Made by a program: the position numbers and the translations under genes
Notes under the pieces: model-generated
Seen by the model: the letters and a program-made list of their open reading frames with translations, nothing else
Databases searched by the model: none
Told to the model about the DNA's origin: nothing
IMG/VR virus record: IMGVR_UViG_3300035539_000076
Direction: 5' to 3' (one strand)
DNA length: 64,000 nucleotides
DNA from: an uncultured virus (IMG/VR IMGVR_UViG_3300035539_000076)
Lineage: Duplodnaviria; Heunggongvirae; Uroviricota; Caudoviricetes
Shown here: positions 57,883 through 64,000 of the stretch, one piece after another
How positions within the stretch are numbered: the stretch's first letter is position 1
Layout of the letters: each line of letters opens with the position of its first letter

Positions 57883-58170
57883 ATGGCTATCACTAAGGAA
57901 AACGAAAGGTTGTTGGATTCAGTTACTAATATTTGTAAAAATTATATTGGAACAACAACTGATGAAATGTTATCTGCTTTAACAAAGGATCTTGGTATTC
58001 CGGAGGGAAATGTTAGCAAAGAATTTGATAAAAGAGGAATTACTGAAGACAAGAAGTTAAAACAAGCTGAAGGGATAATAGTTTTTACAGATTCAATAGA
58101 CATTCTTCTTATTATCCAAAAAACAGACGGCAAAATAACATCTATGGAAATAAAAAAAAGTCTACAATAA
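57883..58170 (+). CDS. Tandem paralogue B
   Basis: MAITKENERLLDSVTNICKNYIGTT..; KRGITEDKK.KQAEGI and QKT.GKITSMEI shared with A. Confidence 0.7.
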   Translation: MAITKENERLLDSVTNICKNYIGTTTDEMLSALTKDLGIPEGNVSKEFDKRGITEDKKLKQAEGIIVFTDSIDILLIIQKTDGKITSMEIKKSLQ

Positions 58171-58332
58171 AATCACTTGATATATATGTTTTTTACCAAG
58201 GCAGGGGAACCTGCCCTTTTCTTTTGCCTTTTCATATGGTATAATTTGTATAAGATATTCTTTCTAAAAACTGCTTTGCAGTTAATATAAAAGGTTTGGA
58301 GTAAACCAAAAACTCTGAAAGGATGTGAAATT

Positions 58333-59154
58333 ATGTATTACAAAGACAGTTTAAGTGTTTTGCCTGAAGAAGGTATATTACCGGTTGATGTGAGGTTTGA
58401 ATTGTTGGTGAAGATAGTGGGAAACATCTTGTATTTCGAGAAGAAAGAAAAAGGTGTAAAACACTTTCTGAACAACCACATCTACAAGTCTTTCGAGCAA
58501 AACAAGAAATCATCCAACTTGATGTGGGCTGCAATAGCTGACTTTATGAATTCAGGCGTTTCCATGATCAACGATTCCATCGATGAGAATCAGGCTAAAT
58601 ATTCCGCATGGGATTATCTAGAAACGGTATACGATATACAAATAAACGGCAAAGCCACTCATCAGAAAAGGTATTTTAACGAAGATATGATTAAGTATTT
58701 AGCCGACAGGATGGATAACGGAATATTAACAGACGATATCATGGTCGATTATTTGGATAGTAGTTTGGAGTTCACATATGTGAGGGATAACAAGAGGTAT
58801 ATCCTGGTAGCTAATGATTATATAAATCAACTAAAACCTTATTTTCCTAACGGCGAATACAACATCATTGTGGATATATACAACTCCAGATACGGTGTTC
58901 TCGAGGAATTAGAAACTGATTTGTATAAGGTAATACAGTTCTTGAATTATGCCGAGTTTTCCGTGCAGGATGACAAACATGTAGATACTTCTCGTCAAAT
59001 GCAGGGAATAATATTCACAGCAAAAGGTTCTGTTGAACGATTAGAAAAAACTGTACAGAAATTCAGGAGAGTGATAGAAGATAGTAGGGTTGTGAAAGAT
59101 TATAAGAATATAATCCCTTATGCAGAAATTTTTGACAATTATGAAGATAAATGA
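58333..59154 (+). CDS. Hypothetical protein
   Basis: 273 aa; TGGTATAAT promoter at ~58237. Confidence 0.7.
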   Translation: MYYKDSLSVLPEEGILPVDVRFELLVKIVGNILYFEKKEKGVKHFLNNHIYKSFEQNKKSSNLMWAAIADFMNSGVSMINDSIDENQAKYSAWDYLETVYDIQINGKATHQKRYFNEDMIKYLADRMDNGILTDDIMVDYLDSSLEFTYVRDNKRYILVANDYINQLKPYFPNGEYNIIVDIYNSRYGVLEELETDLYKVIQFLNYAEFSVQDDKHVDTSRQMQGIIFTAKGSVERLEKTVQKFRRVIEDSRVVKDYKNIIPYAEIFDNYEDK

Positions 59155-59408
59155 TATAATTTGTATATAATAATACTACCTTTACTAAATATTAGTAAAA
59201 TAGCTGGCAAGACCTAAGGGTCTTGCTTTTTCTTTATCTATATGTTATAATAAAAATAATCCATAGTGAAATTTTTTTAAAATTTCCTTTTGCTCGCAAG
59301 ACCTTAGGGTCTTGCTTTTTCTTTATCTGTATGTTATAATAATTTTGTCATTATTATATGCGAGACGCCGATATATTTTATATACGCAGGGCTATTGTCC
59401 TGCATTTT
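59132..59408 (+). ncRNA. Three tandem promoter-terminator units, candidate small-RNA array
   Basis: Promoters 59132-59160, 59223-59251, 59312-59340 (all N17, TGn-TATAAT); hairpins 59207-59226, 59296-59315, 59386-59403. Confidence 0.55.
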
Positions 59409-59588
59409 CTATTTTTTAGAGTAAAAACCACCACCACGTAATACAAAATCCATCTTTCCATAAAGTCTTTCCATAACATCGCCACATCTTCCACATATAA
59501 CTGTTTTTTGTTTATCATATTCCTCTATAGTCATACTTACTTTAGATACATGTCCACAGTTAACACATTTAAAGTTGTAAGTTGGCAT
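59409..59588 (-). CDS. Second FmdB-family zinc ribbon (59 aa, not in ORF track)
   Basis: MPTYNFKCVNCGH...ICGRCGDVMERLYGKMDFVLRGGGFYSKK*; SD AAGGAG. Confidence 0.85.
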   Translation of the reverse strand: MPTYNFKCVNCGHVSKVSMTIEEYDKQKTVICGRCGDVMERLYGKMDFVLRGGGFYSKK

Positions 59589-59715
59589 ATAAACATCTCC
59601 TTATATAGTATTCTTCTATATTATACAACAAGATCATGTGTTTGTATAGGTAAAAAAAGAGGCGCGTGGTGCGCCGTCTTTATTCTTCACCCGACAAATC
59701 GGGCTGAGTAAAAGA

Positions 59716-60120
59716 TTATCTGATATACTCTATACATATTCCTCTGCCATTGGTTTTTAAAAAATTTTCTATATAACGATTTAAATCTTTTTCATCTTCA
59801 TCGTCAGTAGGAACTATTGAAATTCTTTTTACTTCTTCATCTCCGTTTCTATATTCTTTATAACCAACCAAATTATAATGAAGTTCTTGGTCTTCATATG
59901 CTTGTTCTGGATCAACCATAAATCTTTCGTAATAATCCTCAATAAATCTCCTAATTTCTTCAGCTTGTTCTTTTGAATACATTTCATATTGGTCTGCTCT
60001 ATCATTTCTTAAAAATGTGAAATTTCCTTTCGAACCCCAAATTCTTTGGTCTTTTTCTCTTGTTTCATAGTTTTCATCAAAATCTCCTTCAATTATTTCC
60101 ATAAAATTAACTAATTTCAT
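59716..60120 (-). CDS. Acidic hypothetical early protein
   Basis: 134 aa, preceded by repeated leader cassette. Confidence 0.7.
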   Translation of the reverse strand: MKLVNFMEIIEGDFDENYETREKDQRIWGSKGNFTFLRNDRADQYEMYSKEQAEEIRRFIEDYYERFMVDPEQAYEDQELHYNLVGYKEYRNGDEEVKRISIVPTDDEDEKDLNRYIENFLKTNGRGICIEYIR

Positions 60121-60211
60121 ATTAAAACTCCTTTCCTCAGCCAGCCTTGCGGTCTGGTCTTACGAGGGCAGATTAGAATATTTTCTAATCCTTACATATT
60201 ATATATACCAA
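60118..60211 (-). promoter_or_regulatory. Promoter + structured leader + SD cassette, copy 1
   Basis: 94-bp direct repeat of 61021-61114 with 6 mismatches. Confidence 0.8.
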
Positions 60212-60259
60212 GAATTTTCATTTTTTATTTTCTGTATAGGTAAAAAAAGAGGTGCGTGT

Positions 60260-60559
60260 TCAGCCTCTTGAAATTTTCTTTAAATTTGCCAAGGCTATTT
60301 CTTCAGCCCATGACAAAATGTTAAAATCATTTAATTCTTCTAGGCCATAACGGCCTATTTTGTCTTTGATTCTTTCTAGCTCAAGTATTTCTTGAGCTTT
60401 TTTCTTTTTTGCATCTTCCGCAATTAAATGCGGAAATAAAATTTCTTTTAATTCTTCCTCAAAATCGTCAAAAGACGATTTTGGGATACTTTCTACTTTT
60501 AATTCATATTCCTTTTTCATCCATGATTTGATGGAATCTACCTTATCTTTCAATGTCAT
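60260..60559 (-). CDS. Hypothetical early protein
   Basis: 99 aa, SD AAGGAGGG. Confidence 0.7.
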   Translation of the reverse strand: MTLKDKVDSIKSWMKKEYELKVESIPKSSFDDFEEELKEILFPHLIAEDAKKKKAQEILELERIKDKIGRYGLEELNDFNILSWAEEIALANLKKISRG

Positions 60560-60629
60560 ATAATAATCCCTCCTTCGGGTATTATTGATTTGTCAGAATT
60601 ATAGGCTTCCGACACGTAGCCTTTGTTAC

Positions 60630-60695
60630 TGACCTGTCTCATCAGTGGCAGGAGGTCATCCCTACCAGACGAGGGCAGAACCCTCGTTTCGACAG
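60630..60695 (-). ncRNA. Type II hammerhead ribozyme
   Basis: Minus strand CTGTC-GAAA-CGAGGG(TTCTG)CCCTCG-TC-TGGTAGG(GATGACCT)CCTGCCA-CTGATGA-GACAG-GTCA: intact core and three stems. Confidence 0.9.
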
Positions 60696-60699
60696 TGGC

Positions 60700-61023
60700 T
60701 TAAACGTACTTAACGAATCCGGGCACAGCCACAATGTGCCCTTTTTCATTTCGAAGAGCTTCCCCAGTGTTTGGGGATACTACATCGTTTCTATCGGTAG
60801 CTTGTGCTACCATTGCTGATACTACGTAGATGGTATCTTTTTCAGGTGCAGGTAAACCTTCTACACCTGTGGATCTTGATTCTTTAACTTCAAAACCGTT
60901 AAGTCCTTCAACGGTTTTTGTTTCTGTTTTTACTCTGGGAATAATCCCAGAGGGTTGGATGGTTATTGTTTCTGATCCTTTTTTAATATTTAATGGGTGG
61001 GGTGTGCAATTTATTATATTCAT
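60700..61023 (-). CDS. Phage protein with N-terminal NxTPH motif
   Basis: MNIINCTPHPL..IQPSG..RV..GLPAP..IYVVS..RNDVVSP. Confidence 0.75.
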   Translation of the reverse strand: MNIINCTPHPLNIKKGSETITIQPSGIIPRVKTETKTVEGLNGFEVKESRSTGVEGLPAPEKDTIYVVSAMVAQATDRNDVVSPNTGEALRNEKGHIVAVPGFVKYV

Positions 61024-61114
61024 ATTAAATCTCCTTTCCTCTGCCAGCCTTGCGGTCTGGTCTTACGAGGGTGGACTAGAATATCTTCTAATCCTTACAT
61101 ATTATATATACCAA
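61021..61114 (-). promoter_or_regulatory. Promoter + structured leader + SD cassette, copy 2
   Basis: Direct repeat of 60118-60211. Confidence 0.8.
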
Positions 61115-61194
61115 CATTTTTTGATTTTTTTCATTTTATTATATGTTAGTTTATATAGGTAAAAAAAAGAAAGAGAGCTTTCGCTCTCCCTTTT

Positions 61195-61374
61195 TTATAT
61201 TATCAGAACTAGTAGCAATACTGCTACTGTTCCAACTTGCAGCACACCAAGTGCTGCAAGCGGTCCTACAAACACAAGAACAAATAATACTGGTACCAAT
61301 AATAATAAATACGCAGGTCCAACAATAACTAACATCAATAAAGAAAACAAAACAGAAATTAAAAAATTAAACAT
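61195..61374 (-). CDS. 59-aa fully uncharged membrane protein (not in ORF track)
   Basis: MFNFLISVLFSLLMLVIVGPAYLLLLVPVLFVLVFVGPLAALGVLQVGTVAVLLLVLII*; SD AAAGGAGG; third leader copy upstream, terminator downstream. Confidence 0.75.
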   Translation of the reverse strand: MFNFLISVLFSLLMLVIVGPAYLLLLVPVLFVLVFVGPLAALGVLQVGTVAVLLLVLII

Positions 61375-61530
61375 ATAATGTCCTCCTTTAGCTGCCAGCC
61401 GATTGGTCTGGACTTACGCTAATTTTTTCATGTTACATATACCAAGGATTTTCTAATTTTTATTTTACCGTTCAACAACAACCTTTCGTGATACAATCTA
61501 TAATGAACATAGACTAGGGAGGTTTTATTA

Positions 61531-62970
61531 ATGAAAAGTTTAACAAAAATGGCTTCCCAAATGGTTCCTCAAGGATATGGTGTAGAAGACCATTTGGATA
61601 GAGATATATACCAAGAATATTCGCAAAAACAGAGAAAAAAAGATAAAAAAAGAGTATTGAAAAATAATGCTATGGGTGCTGCTTTAGCTGGTGGAGCAAT
61701 AGGTGCTGGGCTTGGTGCTGCGTTAGGCCACAAAGGACAAAAAGCTTGGCAACAAGCTGGAGTTGATTTTCCTTGGCTTAAGACAAAAGCGGGATTATTA
61801 GGTGGTGCCGCTGGAGCTGGTATTGGTGCTACTTCAAGTATTGCTGGATTAGCCAACGCTACAAACAAAGAAAGAAAAAGACAGGAGAAAACAGCTAGTA
61901 TAAATATGCAAAAGATAGCTGCATTTTCTGCTGGAGTTGATTATGTTTTATACAATGACAACGTAGAACCTATGTTAAAACTTGCCAAATTAACTGAGAT
62001 AGAAAAAAGAAAATTACAAGATATGAGGGCAAGAGATTATCAAAGTATGAGTGATGTAGATCGAAGATATTTTAATGATTTTAAAGAAAATGAAAAAAAG
62101 TGGAATAGGGAAGAAACATGGAGAAAGCTTTTAGGGGGTATGGGAACTGGTGCATTAGTAGGAGCCGGTGCTGGTGCTATAAGAGGGGCTACAAAATCAA
62201 TACCAACAGACAATAATGCGCCAAATCCAGCAGATAGACTTCCGGGGGTTGTACAAAAAAGCATAGCTGGAGTAGATACTATTACAGGGGCGGGTTCTCC
62301 TGATCAAAATCAAACCCCTCCTCAAGCAAACCCTAGTAATACGCCTAACAAATGGGGTAATGCATTAAAAGGTGCTGCAGGCTGGGGAGCTGCCGGTGCT
62401 GCTGCAGGTGTTGCTGGTGGATGGATAGCTGATCGTGTAGCCAAGAAAAAACGTCAAGATCAAATAGACGAATATTCTTACACTAAAGCTTTAAAAGGTG
62501 GAAGTCCATATAGGCCTGCATATGATGCGGCTATGAATAGATTGAAAACTGCTTCAGACCATAGCATATCTGCAACTGTAAAAATAGAAGATGACTTTAA
62601 GTTTGCTAAAGAAGCTTATGCCAACCTTGGAAAGTTCATGCAATCTTTGAGAAATACTAGTCAAAACGCTGGCAAGTCTATGCAACAATTAAACAAAGCT
62701 AAAGGTAAGTATAAAAATTTCCATTCTGATTTAGGCAAAGGATATTTATCTAAATCATTAAGTTCACAGGCTTCTGGAGCTAAAGAGGTTGGAGGTTATA
62801 ACAAATTACATAAGGTGTATAACAGCAATAATATGTCAGGGAAAAAAACTCAAATAGCTGAAAGTAGAGATTTGAGAAAAGCTCAAATTGATCTTGAGGT
62901 TTCTAAAAAAACAAACAAAAATCCATATAGTAAAAAAATAGATTATGATTACGCTTTAAACAGAAAATAG
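61531..62970 (+). CDS. Large glycine-zipper protein with several internal KxA motifs
   Basis: TKMAS, EKTAS, QKIAA, LKLAK, LKTAS, FKFAK; four GxxxG-rich segments; SD GGGAGG. Confidence 0.75.
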   Translation: MKSLTKMASQMVPQGYGVEDHLDRDIYQEYSQKQRKKDKKRVLKNNAMGAALAGGAIGAGLGAALGHKGQKAWQQAGVDFPWLKTKAGLLGGAAGAGIGATSSIAGLANATNKERKRQEKTASINMQKIAAFSAGVDYVLYNDNVEPMLKLAKLTEIEKRKLQDMRARDYQSMSDVDRRYFNDFKENEKKWNREETWRKLLGGMGTGALVGAGAGAIRGATKSIPTDNNAPNPADRLPGVVQKSIAGVDTITGAGSPDQNQTPPQANPSNTPNKWGNALKGAAGWGAAGAAAGVAGGWIADRVAKKKRQDQIDEYSYTKALKGGSPYRPAYDAAMNRLKTASDHSISATVKIEDDFKFAKEAYANLGKFMQSLRNTSQNAGKSMQQLNKAKGKYKNFHSDLGKGYLSKSLSSQASGAKEVGGYNKLHKVYNSNNMSGKKTQIAESRDLRKAQIDLEVSKKTNKNPYSKKIDYDYALNRK

Positions 62971-62983
62971 GAGGTAATTTTTT

Positions 62984-63367
62984 ATGATTAAAACAGCAAG
63001 ATATTACAAATTAGCCGAAGATGAAAAAAAGAAAAAAAGAATTAATCCATGGTTAGCTGGAGGATTAGCCGCTGCAACAGCTGCCGGCGGATTGGCATAT
63101 GCTAATCACAGAATGGATGGAGCTTTAGTGGATAAAGCTAAAGGTTGGTTTAATGGTGGAAATCAGCAAACACAAGGTGGCAGCATGGAATCTAATCCTA
63201 GAGGGGGGGTACCTCAAATGTCTAATCCTGATTCAGAAAATGTTCAAGTGCCTAAATTACAACAAGCCCCTGATCTATCGCAACAAATAGATTCTCAATC
63301 CCCAACTCAGTTTGCCCAAAATACTACTAGAAATCAAATGCGCAATTCTTTATTTGGCAATAGATAA
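62984..63367 (+). CDS. KTA-leader protein (MIKTARYYKLA) with Gly/Ala TM helix
   Basis: KKKKRINPWLAGGLAAATAAGGLAYA; Gln-rich tail; terminator at 63379-63402. Confidence 0.75.
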   Translation: MIKTARYYKLAEDEKKKKRINPWLAGGLAAATAAGGLAYANHRMDGALVDKAKGWFNGGNQQTQGGSMESNPRGGVPQMSNPDSENVQVPKLQQAPDLSQQIDSQSPTQFAQNTTRNQMRNSLFGNR

Positions 63368-63423
63368 AGATAGATAAGGCAGGAGCAAAACTCCTGCTTT
63401 TTCTGATATTGGAGGGTTATGAC

Positions 63424-64000
63424 ATGATAAACAATGAATTTATAAAAACAGCTGCAGGAACTAATTATTTGAATTATTATGGAAATCAAATGACAGAGCC
63501 TGTCAATATAAGAGGAATATACCATAGTGATGAAGATGAAGATTTAATGAGAACAAATACGTCTCAAGCTTTGTCTTTGGAAAATCAAAGTAGAAAAAAG
63601 AAGAAAAAAGGTGGTGCCGTTGGAGGGGTAACTGGTGCTGTCTTAGCCGGGGTGCCAACAATAGTGGCTGTGGGAAATGAAAAGGGCCTTGGAGCTGGGC
63701 TCGCTGCTGGAGGCGCTGCTGGTGCTGCTGGAGGATTGCTAGGCTATTTTACAGGCAAAAAGGTTAGCGGCAATAAAGAGAAAGAAAAAGCCAATAATTA
63801 TAAGCAAACTAATACAATTAATTATGTTGGAATAGTAGATAGGAATTATAAGAAATCAAATCAAGATAAAAATAAAATGCCTATTCCTAGAATAGAAGGC
63901 AATGAAAAGAATAGAAATTTAACAAAACAACACCATCAATCTGCTATCAATATGGCTGAATTATTTGGGAAATTAGATGGATTAAGGGCACAATATAATC
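63424..64000 (+). CDS. KTA-leader glycine-zipper protein (MINNEFIKTA), 3' truncated by window
   Basis: Manual translation: MINNEFIKTAAGTNY...KKKKKGGAVGGVTGAVLAG...GLGAGLAAGGAAGAAGGLLG; SD GGAGGG. Confidence 0.8.
   Translation, partial: MINNEFIKTAAGTNYLNYYGNQMTEPVNIRGIYHSDEDEDLMRTNTSQALSLENQSRKKKKKGGAVGGVTGAVLAGVPTIVAVGNEKGLGAGLAAGGAAGAAGGLLGYFTGKKVSGNKEKEKANNYKQTNTINYVGIVDRNYKKSNQDKNKMPIPRIEGNEKNRNLTKQHHQSAINMAELFGKLDGLRAQYN

Noticed and set aside
61143..61328. 61-aa plus-strand ORF
   Set aside because: Shadow of the SD-led minus-strand membrane ORF 61195..61374
1..64000. Stop-codon reassignment as in some large phages
   Set aside because: Long ORFs tile the window in code 11, and TAA, TAG and TGA all end genes directly before the next SD/start

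Overview
AT-rich, gene-dense segment of a large (jumbo-type) tailed bacteriophage read in the standard bacterial code, with strong GGAGG/GAGGTG Shine-Dalgarno sites. 1-31.5 kb (+): virion tail/baseplate module with RCC1/BLIP-II beta-propeller receptor-binding candidates, small membrane proteins, an FmdB zinc ribbon and a sigma-70-family factor. 32.4-38.9 kb (-): tandem array of otherwise unalignable ORFs sharing one C-terminal motif (Y-x3-P-[DN]-x-Y-K...L), including an unannotated 43-aa motif-only ORF. 39-46 kb (+): fibre-like protein, glycine-zipper proteins with a shared 10-aa leader (MIxxEFIKTA), tmRNA, tRNA-Ser(GCT) and a candidate structured RNA. 46.2-46.5 kb: five 18-bp palindromes at a convergent strand switch. 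46.5-61.4 kb: small early/accessory genes (BRO-ANT, DUF262, ArdA-like, DUF6011), a tandem set of promoter-terminator small-RNA units, repeated promoter/leader cassettes and a type II hammerhead ribozyme. 61.5-64 kb (+): more KTA-leader glycine-zipper proteins. All protein family calls are from motif recognition by eye; no searches were run.
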